A stretch of DNA of 64,000 nucleotides from Zygnema circumcarinatum SAG 698-1b. Lineage: Eukaryota > Plantae > Zygnematophyceae. The notes beneath the pieces were generated by a model. It ran no database searches. It was not told the origin of the DNA and worked only from the letters and a program-made list of their open reading frames with translations. The position numbers and the translations under genes are program-made. The DNA lies in contig CM074808.1 of assembly GCA_037447605.1 (NCBI GenBank), positions 3,162,001 through 3,226,000 on the forward strand, written 5' to 3'. Of this stretch, positions 40,026 through 54,200 are shown piece by piece (the stretch's first letter is position 1; the number at the start of each line of letters is the position of its first letter).

Positions 40026-43000
40026 TCACGCATCTCTTCGAGAGCCCCTCCGTTTCCTCCTCTTCAAGACCGCCCACAGTCCCACGATCACAAGAAGAAG
40101 CACCGGAAGGGTACTTAGTCTCCACCCGGAGGACATCACAGGACTGGCCTCCGTACTCTCACGCTCAACCACTTCATTCGCCTTCATTTTCGTGCCAAGG
40201 GCATCCCCATCAATACCTTCACCCCCAGCCTCTCCCATAATAGCTTCAAGCTTTGGGTTTCTTCCTTCAGAAGGAGCAGGCTCTCCATGCCCGTCCTCCG
40301 TCATATTCGGAACCCCATTTTCTATGTACACAGTCCTTGTTCTGTCACCTTCGTTTCCTTTCATCTCTGCTCCATCCTTTTTGCCATCTGTCTCCGAGCC
40401 CCCAGTGGCTACAGTTCCGTTGTTACTGACAGAAATTTTGACTGGGGAATTTCCGTCATGGATGGAAGTGGGCCCTCCGCCCCGGAGATGTGCCCCCCTT
40501 ACTGCGGAATCTGAAAGAAGCCCCAACGGCTCAAGCAAGAAATCGAGTCCTGTTGGGATCGAGGGCAGCACCATAGCCTCTGTGGTGCTGGGCTTGTGGC
40601 CGTCATGGCTCACGGTAACTGCAGACATAGGCAACGCAAAAACAAAACAGGCGACGGCTTAACAATGGTGTACTATACGAAAAGGTATATTTCTTTCTTT
40701 ACTTTACTTTATAGGCAGAAAGGCAGGTTTAGATTATCTACCGTCCTCTCCATTCTGAAGCTTCCTATCACTTTCTCTTTCAACTCTCGCTGCCTATTCC
40801 CTCTCCGCCCTTCTCGCCCCTCACCTATCCAAAGCCCTCTTTTCTCCAACTCTTTCCCTTTGCGTTTCTTCCTCTTCCTCCCTCACTCGTACTCTTACTC
40901 TATCCCCCCTCCGCTCCTCTTCCATGATTATCCATTTCTCCCCTTTCGGCTAAATTTCGAGCCGCGACCCCTCTCTCTCTCTCGCTCTCTCCCCCTCTCC
41001 CCCCAACTATACATCCAGCCACTGCGGAGACATGCACCTTGGTAAGCTCCAGGCCGCAGCAGCCTGTAGAAATCCCCTAGCTCCGCCCGTGCTTTTGTCT
41101 GCAGCCCATCTCAGTAGCAAACTCAGAAAGAGAGAGAGAGTGAGCGGGAGGGAGGGAGGGAGAGGGAGAGGGAGAGGGAGAGGGAGAGGAGAGGGAGAGG
41201 AGAGGAGAGGGAGAGGAGGGAGAGGGAGGGAGAGGGAGGGAGGGAGGGAGAGGGAGAGAGGGAGAGGGAGAGGGAGGGAGAGGGAGAAGGAGAGGGAGAG
41301 GGAGAGAGAGAGAGAGGGAAAGAGGGAGAGGGAGAATTGAGAGAGAGATAAGAAGAGAGAGATTGAGAGAGAAAACAATCCCCCCCTGCTTGCCTAACTA
41401 CTGTTCGGACTCAACAACCTAAAGCTTCCTCTCCTAGTATTCAGGAACTAGGGCTTCGTAACAGTACCTGATGCTGAATGCCACGAATAGAGACAGTCGC
41501 TGCAAGCGGTTTTCCATCTGATGCAGAAATGACCTTTCCATGGATACCCGACTGCGGAGAAAAGAAAACAAAGAAAGAGTCAACTTTTTAAATCGAGATG
41601 AGAGTATGAATATCAGAGAAAGATGAAACATTGAATCTGTTAAAATGCAGGTTTACCATCCTTAGGGGTTTGTGAGGGTATAGTGGTTCTAGTGGTCACC
41701 TTCACAACAAGTGAGAGTAAGGCAAGCATGGCCGGCCGGTTCTGCTCCCATAAGAAGGGCAGCTGCACAGCAACGACACAATAAAAATGAAATAACACAA
41801 ATACAAAAAAAAAGTCTATTCCTTTGCACTAGGTGGGTGCACCCTGGAAATTAGCTATTCTCAAATTCTATCGTCACCAGGTTTGAAGATTCTTGACTAC
41901 TTTTCGGATATTTAGAGTTGGGGGAAGAGGCTTTTCTTTGTACCTTGCTAAAAGGAGGCCATTTATCATCACTTAGTTCTAAAGTGAGCTCCATACATCC
42001 TGTGGCCAAATAATTCCAATCCTGCATACCTCCGTACAGGGGATACCTGCCAACATCACGCAATTACAAAACTGAATTTTCAGGTTTGCGGAAATGACAC
42101 AGCTATTCAATCTCCAGAAAGGAGAAGTTAGGGAGGGGGCTTCAAGGTTGTCAGAATTTCAAATCTCTTGAAGTCGTCGGGGATTTAAGGTCTTATGATT
42201 TCAATGTCCAACGGAACTTTAAGGTTTTGAGGCGTTGGAGCTACTTGGGACTTAACGTGCATGGAAATGGAATTGTTTGGATAAGTGATGAAATGGTAAT
42301 CTAATCTTATCTAACCAAACCTTCACGGCATTGGGTTTTTTCCTAAAATCCGTGATAAAAAGAGGCTCACGAGGCTCAAGTTACTAAGTGTTAGATAGTG
42401 CTGGATACATTCACAATCGGATTACTTCAATTCACTGCAATGCAAGAAGGCCAACCCAAATCCCACCCTCATTTAAAATTAGTGGACCCACCACAACGCC
42501 CCATTTGTTATGCCACGCCGGAATTCGGAACTATTCCACATGGATAGATGTGCTCCGGCGTAAGTTTCCGCCAAATATTGAAAAGTTTGATCGTCCGGGC
42601 AGGCTGCATATTCTGTTCTGTCGAAAACAAAAAGTGCAGCGTCCTCCACGACGGAAAGATTTCCATCAGGAAATGTGAGGTGCAAAACCGCATCAACTTT
42701 CACCTTCAACTTTCTGTGCAGATCTGATTTGAGAGAACGGAAAAAGACAGATAGTTCAATTTAGATTGAAAAATTCTTTAGTCGTATCGTTCGAATGAAA
42801 TTCCCTTACTGTCGGGTTCAACTGTGAACATAGAAATGGGTGCACGCGGGGGCAAGCAGAGTGTACTTAGAAGTGGTCGCCCTATTAGGTCATTGAGTCC
42901 AAAAGTCAGTCCTACCTATTGTTAGCCGAGCCATCCCATGGGTAGTTCGCAACAAGGGCTCCCTGCAATGCAAAAATGCGAATGAGAAAACGAAAGAAGA

Positions 43001-43601
43001 TCTGCTCTTATTCTCCCCCTCCTTCCTCCTATCTTCCTCTCCTCGCCAAGGCCCGAATCCTGTTTCTTCAGGATTATCCCTCTACTTCCCTCAAATAGGC
43101 CATACTTCTCACTCTCTCTTCTCCCGTTCTCATTCCTCCCTCCTTTCCCCCCTCTATTCCTCTCCTCCACCCCTTCACTCCCATCTCTATGCCCCCCTCC
43201 CCCTTCCCTTCTCGCCCCTCCATTTGCACCTCCGCCACTCTTCCCCACCCTCACACCCCACGCTTCCTTTCCGTCTCCCACTCTCCCTTCCCCACAATAC
43301 CATCTGCCTCCTTGATTCCATGCCTTTGAAGGAGGACGAACCAAACACCACTCATGTTCGACACTTGTGCGCCCAACGGGCAGCCGCACCTCATGGAGAC
43401 TTGCCGCCGCCGCGAAGTTGTGAGAGCGCGACCACTCCATCACTGCGCGCACCTCCGGCTGCCGCTCACTCTCGTTGTTCAGCGATTGCCGCCACTGCAT
43501 GCACACATCTCTCCGAGGAGGGTGGGAGGGAGGGAGGGAGGGACGAGAGGGTTGGGGAGAGAGAGAGAGAGAGAGAGAGGGGAGAGAGAGANNNNNNNNN
43601 N

Positions 43602-43633
<32 letters not shown>

Positions 43634-46016
43634 GAGAGAGAGAGCGAGGAGGGGGGGCGGGGTGAAGGGGTGAGGAAGAAAGTAAAGGGAAAGGGCGCAC
43701 CTCATGGTGCTTGGTGCGTGACTAACCCTAAAAGTAAAACCAACGACAGGTGCTTGATCCAAAAATGTTCCAAAATTCAAAAACCAAAGGGAAGTGCTCA
43801 TCAACAGCATACAAACGCTGGAATTCAATTGCGGAATAAGGCAGGACACCTGAGGGCGTGCAAACAGCAATGCTCAAGGGAAACAATGGTTCCAAAGAAG
43901 TCTCTAACTTTAACTTTGATCTTTTAATGGGAAAATCGACAGCATTTTGCGAAGAACTCCTCAACTTCACATTACAGACGAACTGAACCTCTGGGGAAGG
44001 CTGAACCTGGTCAGGAAAATCGCGGTTGAGGTCAACATTATTTCGGTTATTCCTTCTCCTCCGAGAAAACCCGTCAGGATTCATCGATGGCAGGAGATGC
44101 AAATGCATATTATTCACAATCATGGTGGCCTGCCCAATCACAACAAAACAATCCCACATGAACAAAGTGCCATTCTCCGTAGTCCGAACATTGCTATGTT
44201 ATATAAGACATGTTGGATGTTAGGATTCTGCGGCTGAGTTTGATGAGGTATTTGAGAGGTGAGGCCAACTCTTGCTTGCACCTCTGCAATGTGGCCGTAG
44301 TTTTCGCAGAGCCAGTCGGCGAGATATAGGAGCAAATGGCGGCCCGAGGGCTCGTCTCCATGCATGTTTGCAACAAACTGCATCATAGCAATACAACACA
44401 GAAACCTGAGGAAAAAAAGTAGCTTTTTACAAACTGCTGACAAGTAAACACAAAACCGACACACCCTTTAACTGAGGGTTCGTTTTTGGACCCCAAATTG
44501 CAGAAACACTACCATTTGTTGACGCATAGCCATTTAAGGCTTTTTAAAGAACAGGTGATAAGGAAAGACCTATAAAGGCTCCAGAATCTATAACTGTAGA
44601 AGCAGTGGAGGCCTCAAAACAAACCGTATTCAACCCTGAAAAAGAATCAAAAGCGTTCGGTGAGCCCACCTTGAACGCCGGTTCCTCCTCTACTGTGTTC
44701 GGGTTATCAGAAATCTCCAACGCCCACTGCGCCATGTTCAGAATCCAGTTGCTTCATTTAGGATTTCCGGAGCACGGAAGGAAAAAATTCCTTGTACTCA
44801 TCAATAGAGTTCGGAGATTATTAAGCTTCTGAGAAAAGCTGGGCTAAGAAATCACCTATTCTGTTTGAGTTCCTTTTAGTGCGGCACTTTCAGGTTAGGC
44901 CACACACTGGGCAGAATTTTCTGCGAGCTTGAAGATATAAGTAACTATTTGATTGATCAGCATAGGGCATAACAATTTGTTTCGTGTTATGCGTTCTGCA
45001 TTATACTGCTTTTTCTCGTGACTCTCTTTAGGTTACGAGTGCATGCTAAAATGCGAAGGCCCTGGAATAAAAGGTCAATCAAAGACTCACCAAAGGAATT
45101 CCCTCGACGCTTGCTCCAATGCTGCATGATAATCACTCATCGTTGAGTCAAACGACTTCAAGATTTCTTGGGCGTTAAGAAACTCTAGTTCTTTGTCACT
45201 TTTACTTGTGCATGGCGAACCGCTAAGCATAAACGACTGCATTGAACAACAGATAGTCTTCAAATACTCTGGGAAGAAAAATGACGTTGAAGAAAGATGG
45301 CGTTCAAGAGTCTACATACCCCCAAGGACATAAAACAGCAGTGGAAGCAATGGGGGAAGGTGCGGTTTGAAGGGTTCTTCTACAGGTCTCCCTTGTGGCT
45401 CACCTATACAAATACGAAATGTGAGAGCAGCGTTTCGCATATTCCTTGAGGTAATCTTCGAGTTCTTTGTTCGAAAAATAATGAGGGCTGATCAAGGAGA
45501 GTCAAAGAATTTGCATTTTCAAATAGAATAGCGGAGGATTTAGATTGTCCTACGTTAACTAAGGCAGCTTGACCATATACCTCCTCAATGTACATCACCA
45601 AGATTGAGTTAGGAAAGCAAATCGTACGAAAAAAGGGCTTGAATTGTAAAATTTGAGTCGTGTGTTGAAATCCAAGACTTGACAACGTATTGAACTAAAG
45701 ATTCAACTGAAGCCGAAAATGAGCGCGAATGTACATGATCTGGATACACTTGTGGATTTAGAAGTTCCAGGCTTGACAAATGTCGGCTTAGGAAACTAAC
45801 GCCTTCGTTTCCAACACTTCCATTTCGAGCTAATTGCAGGAAGCCTGCATACACGAAAATGCAGCATGAAAGGGAGAAAGATAATATTGCTTCGTCACAG
45901 ACACACAGTGAACATGCCAGCTTGCAATTTTGCCAGCAGGAACATTTCAAAATCCGCAAGCGTTCTGCACTACTTCCCCGACTCCAACGCAATATCCTCT
46001 TCTGCTTGCTGCCCAA
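40026..46016 (-). CDS. SOL1: M14 zinc carboxypeptidase D / SOL1-like, with a C-terminal transmembrane helix; start uncertain
   Basis: [31 protein letters not shown] (Zn ligands), [66 protein letters not shown], and a TM helix followed by KRRKRR. Confidence 0.93.
41130..41372. repeat. GA-rich microsatellite/polypurine tract in a SOL1 intron
   Basis: (GAGG/GAGA)n by direct reading. Confidence 0.9.
43592..43601. other. Assembly gap (10 N) within a (GA)n microsatellite
   Basis: N characters in the sequence. Confidence 1.
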
Positions 46017-47168
46017 GTTCCTTCCGAATGGGCTGAAAGTATCAGAAACGCTTCACATTTAAGCTCTCAAATACACCTCAAAGGTGATGTACGCATTGTT
46101 GATGACACGTCCGCTTGCTTTACGCAGTCAATAATTGTGCATCTGCTATATCTGATCCTTGTGTCTCAAATGCCTCATACGTTTCTTGGCAATAAGGTGC
46201 AATCCTTCCAAGCAATCCACAACTTTCACTGACACCAATTCCCTCTCAAAGGAGAATCCCACCTTCTGCAGTCTTCACTTCCTGACTTCCCCCTTCTCCT
46301 GAAAAGCCCTCTAAAATCATCTCCGAAGAAGTCGCTTGGTGCATTTGCAGGAGGAGAAGCTGTATGGCCATAGAGAGCCATGCTAAGTGGGAACTCATTG
46401 TGCTCATCCAAAAGGCCCAAAGAATCCTAAAAGACTAAGGAACTTTCAGAACGCTAAGCAACCTGCAATAGCCTTATAGGACGCTTGTACAATCGAAAGC
46501 CCTTCAGCACGACTTTTCGAACGAAGTCGATGAGGAGCATCTACTTCCTTCTAAGCTGCAAAAAGCGCTTGCTACTTTTGAGTGCTCCATTCTCCAACCC
46601 CACTGCAAAATGTTGCCTATGCTGAGCTCTACAAGAGAACAGGATTCTGTTTTTCCTCCAAGCTTGCTTAAAAAAGTGCTCCCGACATTCCCTCTCACTA
46701 CTTGGACCGAAACCTGTGACCTTTGAATCATGACAAGTACCATGTCCTCATCGTTACGTGCAGCCTCTCCTCACCATAAAATTAGAAAGGCAGCTGTCAG
46801 GGAACTATCTACCTACACAACTTCACAAGTCCAGAGTCTGTCCTGTCCTTGTCCTTACTGTAGCCCTAACTCCCTGCAGGGCGCTCCTTCAGAAAACCAC
46901 GGGTCTTCTCTTCTGAAACCCCCTCAGGCCCTTAGCCCTAAACTGAAACCCCGAGCGGAGATGTTATGCGGTTAGCTGTTTCTTTTTCCTCTGACGCTGC
47001 TTTGCTTTGCTACTGGAGATGTTTAGCAGCATTTGGAATCAACCCTGCTTCTTTTAGCCTGCGTTTGCTATGGCTCAAATGGCACATCCTCTCATCCTGC
47101 ACGCTGAGAGCAAACAATGAACGCCCTATTGACACGTAATCTGGAAGATTTTCGGTTGGGGCTTTAGG

Positions 47169-50100
47169 ATGCGTCTTCCGCTTTATTTCCTCCGGGCCTT
47201 TTTAAGCAATTCTTGCAAAAAGGTTGAAAGTGGAATCCAAGCATTGCGTCAAGAAGGAGGAACAGCTATATCTCCATTTGTTCCTTCCAAACGCTCCGCA
47301 AAAACTCTTTCTTGGAACCCTTCCTCTGTTCCTGAATGCACCAAAAGCTTTGCATTTTCTGGTCAACTCAGCAGCGAAAGCAGTGGCCATACTCTGAACT
47401 TCTTTCTGGGAGAGGAGTTCACCGGCAGTTGCGGAGTCAGAAACCCTAGAATCGCACATGTTCGGTCTTGGCATGACCAAAGATACTTGAGCAGTTCTAG
47501 AACTGTTCCTGAAAGGGAAGCACTACCTGGAAACACAAATCTTGGAACGGAAAGCTCCCAAAACTCTTCTGCAAGTTCTGGATTCTGGCAGCATAAGCAT
47601 AAATTATGGGGGGAAGAAGATGGAGGAGAAGCTGGTCTAGTGACACCGGCCGCATCCTCATCTCAGCCGTCATACTTTCATGCTACTCCCACTCCTCCGA
47701 AGGAAAGGGCTCTCGCTGCTTCTGAATTGTCTACTATCAGACAGAGACCTCGCGGAGACGATACCTTGCTACGACACATTAACAATGGCGTTGTAGCAGC
47801 AGCGGCAGCAGCTTCCGAAGCTCAAAGAGAATATTACATTCCTGTAAAGGCTTTTTACATAGCAAGAAGGTAAATTGTCAGACCTTTTACGTATTAAGGC
47901 TGAAGTTGAGGAAAAATGCAGGGGCGGCTAGGAGCTAAAGTCTGGGTTTCCAGCAGTAAGATATGTTTGTAATCGTGCGTTTATGTTAAAGGAGTGGAGG
48001 TGGACTGCGTTTTATGATTAGAACATTAACTGCGTGAACAGTACTTGAGCTGATTTTTTAAGCCCTAGAATAAAAACTAATCATAAGGAGAAGCTAGCTG
48101 AAATCTGGTCCATTTGCATTATGTTTAGTTAGCTAGTTGGTAAAGTAATTTGTGCTTATCCTTCGAGAATAGCCAGGTACTAAAAGATTGTCTTGACGTT
48201 GTCGTCCTGACTCGTTTTCAGATGATAGTCTCGCATTTCCTTAACAGCAAGTCATGCGCAATTGCAGTATGGGTTCGCAGTAGGCCTCCATCCATAAAAC
48301 GCACCATCTTGTTGGAGTGCAGATCACGCAATCATGCAGGAACGAAGTCAGTTATAGGATGAACTTTAGTGGTTCTGCTTCTGCTGCTTCTACTTGTTTT
48401 GCTTTACCTCAACATGCCTGTGTGCTGTTCATGTGTAGTTTGGATTTCAAGGGGCTGCTTGAAGGCCCATTCAAGAACTATCCAAGCCATCTTGTGCGTA
48501 ATAATGTCGTTGTTCGCTTCCCTGATCGTACAAATGGCCCAGCATCAAACAGTGCAGGAGCATCGGTTCGTCTTCCACCTTTGCCATTGGATACATTGTT
48601 GTAAGCCTATGCTCTCAAGGACATCTTTTGTGTTTGAATAGTATATATTTCTTAGGAGTTTCTTGGTTTTTTAATAAGGCCAACGTGCGCCAATTGAAGG
48701 CAACAAAGGAATTTTGAAGCTTTAACTTGAAGGTTTTGGGATCGTTCATTTTGTCTTATGCAATAATATCAATTCTCCTTCAGGTGTATAATGTACGTGC
48801 AGTAGTAGTCAATCAATTTTCTATGATTGAAGTAGAGGCAGCAATATCACGATCATTGCAATGGAACTAGCAATGTTCCGCTCATAATTGACCAGTGTAG
48901 CTATACGTGAATGTTCGAATAATCTTTCTGTTCAAACAGGCTACCATAAAAATTTATTTGGGCCATTGAACGTCCTGTAACTTCAGTGAGGTAATTTGCA
49001 TAGCTGCATATTTACCGTGAAAGAAATTTTTAAATATTCCATAATCTCCCATATCTACTTCTCCCCCTTCCCACTTCGTCCCCCCGCGAAAGTCTGTAAA
49101 GTCTGTATCCCCTCCAGTCATGATTATCCACCCGTCCCTGCCGACATCAACGTTTGACTTCTTCTTTGCTTTACTTCCGGACTCCCTCTTCCTCCTCCTG
49201 CCTCCCGTCCACATTCTTTTCAACTGCATTTGTGCCTTTTTCTTTTCTACAGGGCATGGCGGCCGTGCCCTTCCTGAGTGAGCGCTACATGGTGGCCTTT
49301 CAGTACGGCTCCGTTGTGTTCCTCAACTTTGGGAGCAGTGAACAAGAGCAGACGCTGGAGGCCCTTCTTCCCTTCTGTAGTGACCATTTCAGCGAGGCTC
49401 GGAAAGATGGTGGGCCCTCAATAAGAAACCCCAAAATGCTGAGGCTCAGAAAAACTCAAACTAGCTGCAGGGTCCTAGGAGTCGTGAGCCATGGAAAGAA
49501 TGATATTTATGTGTTTCAGCGCCCGATTGTTTTATCGGAAGTTTGGAATCCATGGAGGCAATTAGTACAATACGTTTCTGCTGTGAGGATAATGGTAGGA
49601 GATAATGATCAAGAAATGTGAAATAGTTTCAACCACTTACACAACTTCTGAACCGTCGTTGGTGAATGGTTGGGTTTGTACGCCATCTCATTGTTTACTA
49701 GCACAGATTACGGTGTTGTTCTGCGGCCCAGTCTTGCGGGATGGAGTGAAGGTGGTCATGACCACATCATGGTGAAACAGCTCGACATCAGCAATATCAG
49801 AGTGATAGCCAGTGTGTTGGGGCAGAGTGTGGCGCTCGAATTTTACGCCAAAAAGGTGTGAATTGTCTTTGAGGGGCTTATATACATGCATATAGATATA
49901 TACATGTACATGGATGCTTCTTATTGCGATCATTATGCTGCTTTAGAGCAGCTTGATGTTAAGACAGAAACGAGATCGTGCTTGAATACTTTCTTAGTGA
50001 AGAACTCTAGTGCTCTAGGAATCAAAGATTTTACGGTTGTTGAGTGCTGGCAGGTGGATGAGATGGTGACCACTTTCAGTGAACTGAACCGCGGAATGGA

Positions 50101-50905
50101 GAAAACAGGAACTTTCACCATGAAGCGCAAGAAATTGTTTCAGCTCGTAGCGGCAGCCAATACCACTTTGGCAGATGTGATTTTGCGACTCGGACTGTTG
50201 GAAAGGTCAGTGGAGAATTTCAGGGTTTGATATTTTTTAGACACGGCTTTCCTGTACCCATACAGTGCAAATGTGTTCTTCCTATTGGTGTCTCTCAGAA
50301 GTAGAACTGGGACTTTATTAAGGCATTAGTTTATGACATATAGCCAGCACCTTAACTTTTGCGAAAGCTTATTTCAGATCTGACACGGCATGGAAACATG
50401 CCCGCTATGCCAAGATTTGGGAGTATCTACGTGACGACTTTGAGTTGGACGAGCGCTTTGAGAACCTCGACTTTAAACTGAACATTATTCAGGTGGCCTT
50501 TTCTCCCCTCTGCTTATCACTCGAAAGTTTGAAAATCTTAAAGCCTGTCATGCAAAGCTTACATTTGATATAATCCATCGAAGCTGAACTAACTCGTTCA
50601 GTATTATCCTTCCGTGGCAGCTTTGATTGAAAGCATACATGTAACTTGGTGATGTTTGTCTCTCGCTTTTTCCTCATGTTTTGCAGCACAATGTACGCTT
50701 TTTCCTAGACATTTTGCAAAATCGGAAGTCCGATACGTTGGAATGGATCATCATTCTTCTTATTGCGGGCGAAATATGTGTCAGTTTATATGAGATCATC
50801 AGCACCGCTATGAAGACTTCTCAGGCCCATGCTGCAGTTTCGGTCCCTGTTGCGGGGTCCATGATGTCGGTACAAACAGCAACGGAAGGTATAGAGTTGA
50901 AGTAA
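47169..50905 (+). CDS. RRL: RMND1/Sif2-like DUF155 protein (plant RETARDED ROOT GROWTH / RRL family), probably mitochondrial
   Basis: Transit-like N-terminus, VKAFYIAR, YMVAFQYGSVVFLNF, IASVLGQSVALEFY, TGTFTMKRKKLFQLV, ELDERFENLDFKLNIIQHN and NRKSDTLEWIIILL. Confidence 0.92.
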
Positions 50906-51297
50906 TTGCAATACGGTATGAAAAACATTCTATTGCAGGATAAGTCATTTTGGGATTCCCATAGTGATCATTCATTTCATATATGATTGGATGCCCCACG
51001 TTGTCTGCGAAGTTATAGATGTTGCTGATCGGTGAAAGAAGAATTTAAAAAAGCTAAGAAACAAAGAAATTCCAAATAAAGAAAATAAAAATACAACAAG
51101 CTTTGCCGTTCGGCATCTGTAAACTGCGTATTGGGCCTACATGAGTTCACGACCCCAACTCCAAGCCGTCGAGCAATCCCAAAATATAGACTAAGGGAAT
51201 TGAACAGAAAAGAAGAATTGTTATACATCGATTCAAAACCACTTCTAATGGGGGAAAAAATACTGGATGCATGTACGCACGTATGCATGGATATGGG

Positions 51298-54200
51298 CTA
51301 CCGCCTAACGGGGTCTTGGTGCTCCCCATTGCCCTTCCTTGTAAGAAGACTTCCATCCTTACTCATCTCGGGATCCTCCATATCGCCAGTACTCCGCTTC
51401 GCCCCGCTTGCGACAAGCCTTTCTTCCTCATCTTCTCGCCTGCAAAGATCTCCCAATTCATCAAACGACACCAAGTACTTGGTATAAGGATCTGGCTTCA
51501 GGATTCAGTCGGGGAGCACAACTAGAAGTAAGGTACATTTGGATATAAACATGCATATAAGCCCCTCGCATATAATAGAGTCTGCTAAATGGAGAAGACG
51601 ATATGAAAAAAAATACTCAAATTTTGTCTAACTTCCCGTGAATCCAGAATCCATAATCCATCCATAATCGCATCCCTTTATGTTGAAATAGCGACGATGT
51701 GTGCGAGAGATGGTACTCACACTTCACTATCATCATGCGTCCACAATGAATGGAGCTCCTGTCTCCACCAGCCCAACAGCAGCACTACTCCTGCGGCCCA
51801 CAAAAGTGCCTCTTCCTCCATTAGGATATGAGAGGAAGGAGCAGAGCACAGAGGGGTTTCCATGATTGACAGGAGATTCAGGACTTATAAGGGAGAGCAA
51901 ACCTTGTAGTTTGCAAGAATGCTACGTGGTAACTGGTAAACCTTTCTAACAGCGCTCAAGCCGGGATTGCTCCCGGGAGCAGTCCCAGATATGTTGATAT
52001 GATACGCAATAATCAAAGGTCTGACTTATGAATACATAATTCAGAGAACGTGAGAGGAGTGCAGCCAACTGATCGTCTCACCGAGTGTGCATGGAACAAG
52101 GTAGAGCAGCGCCGGCTGACCGCTTCCATTCATAAGAAAGAGGGCTCCATATGTTATCATTAGTCCTGATGAATTCCACATACCGCAAGGCTCCAACAAG
52201 TTCATATTAATTTCTAACTTGACTCCAATTTCTGTGGAAATAGACATGAGATGCAATCTACAAGTACACCTATTCAACCGGAAGACATACACGAGCAAGC
52301 ACTTACCGATTCCATAGCCAGCGGAGGCCCAAACAAAGTACCCTCGAATTCCCGTCCTTCGTACATAATAGTCGTACCTGACAGAGCCCCCAAAAACAGA
52401 AATATCAAGAAAGGATCAGTTTCAGGAGATGAGTGATTGTTTGGACAATTGTAAAGTGTACATTCCTCTACCTCTCCTAAAAGCTATTGGAGGCCTAGAT
52501 GCTCAAAAAGCTCTTGAAAGTATGGGTTTAGAAGAGAAGGACGAGGAGAATTTCACCTGAGAGTGAAGGCTAGAAGCAGGCCTGGCAAGACGATATCCCC
52601 AAACCCCAACATGGAGTAGCCTCCCCACTCGTCGAGAATTCGAGGGACCTTCAGCAGCATAGGCATGCTCTCTCCTCCCGCTTTATCTCCCATAGCCACC
52701 TAGAATATTCCATGTGACGGGTGCAGGAATTGCCATTATGGTTATGTGATGGATGAGGGGGGGATGGACGAGGGAGAGAGGGATGGAGGAGTCTGTGCAC
52801 TCACCACCACCATGACGCTTTGGCCATGAAAAAGATAGGGGCTCAAAAATACCCAGAAAATATCGTATACGAAAGCAAGAGATAACAAAACGGTCGATAT
52901 CTGCCACCACACCAAGTGACCATTAGAGATGAATGAGATTCGATGGACAAAGTGGAAAGGATGGAGAGGAAGGGAAAGGGGGAAAATTATAGGAGACAGT
53001 GAGATGCGGAGAGAAGTGAAAGAAGGCGGAAAGACAACATGCGGGAGAGAGGGAGAGAGGGAGAGGGGAGAGAGAGAGACCTTAATATTTGGAAGTCTTG
53101 CCACTCGAAGAATGGTGAGGATCATAGAAAGGCCCTGCATGCCCGCCCAAAGCTTCGATTGTGATTTGGGAACACAAATTCTTCTCCATTTTACTCTCTA
53201 GTCGTCAAAGCTAAAACTAAGAGTGTGAAAAGTTGAGAAAAAACAGTGCACACAAGGTCTGCTAGACCAGTGTTTCAGCTCCTCAAAGGAAGAGACCATT
53301 CTCCGCCCAAACAAGAAAGACAAAACAAGAAAGTGTTATAATTATTATTGTTATTATTGTTTATAAAATTCTCCTCACCAGAAGGTCTTGCCCAATCCAT
53401 GCCAGTGGCCCATCACGGAACAGAGCCCATAGAGCCGCGATGGAGACCGCGATGGGAACAGAGACCAAAGTGAAGGAGGGAACGAATCCGGCGACGGGTA
53501 GATGCACACCCGTAGAGGCATATTGGGGGCATATTCTGCAGTTATGCAATGCATTGTTGCAACGTGATATTTTAGAACCGTGGGTTTTTTAGAGTTCTGA
53601 TTTCTTAAGGGTTTGGCTTTCTAAGGATTTGCACTCATGTTCATTCTTTCTCGGGGCTCTGCCTCATCGAGAAATGCTTTGCATGCCCCGTTTTGTTTGA
53701 AATGCTCTAAAGTACTTTGAATCCTCGTTGAGTTTAAGGGTCTTAGGTTTTCACATCACTTGCAAGGTGCAGTCCGCAACATTGGGGGACTACTGAAATG
53801 CATTCGTGGAGGCCGAAGAATAAGGGAACACTACAACGAGAGAAAGAGAGGAATGGGAAGAGAGAGGGGGCAAACAGGACACCAGGAGAAAAGAATGTAG
53901 AGAATAAGCGGGAAAGAGAGGGATGAGTGCGAGGAAAAGGATGGGTAGAAAGTGGGACAGAGGACGGGAAAAAAGGGAAACTGGGTCGGAGGAAGAGAGG
54001 TAAGGCTACAGTAGAGAAGGAGATGGAACGAGTTGGAGAAAGGGAGTTTAAAGGAAAAAAACAGAGGGCGACCGACCGTTGTAAACGAATGCAGAGGGAA
54101 GGAGTAGAAGGCTCACTTCGTCAGAATGGCTGTCAGACACATGTGCAGGCTCTGCAAGCCATCACAAATCCAAGGGCACAAAACCATTTCAGAAAAAACA

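Noticed and set aside
46226-46975. Short ORFs between SOL1 and RRL as a separate gene
   Set aside because: No recognisable motifs or convincing exon chain. They may be 5' UTR or an unresolved SOL1 first exon.
48236-48247. U12-type branch site TTTCCTTAAC
   Set aside because: The host RRL intron has a U2-type donor (GTAAAT), and the acceptor is ~185 nt away.
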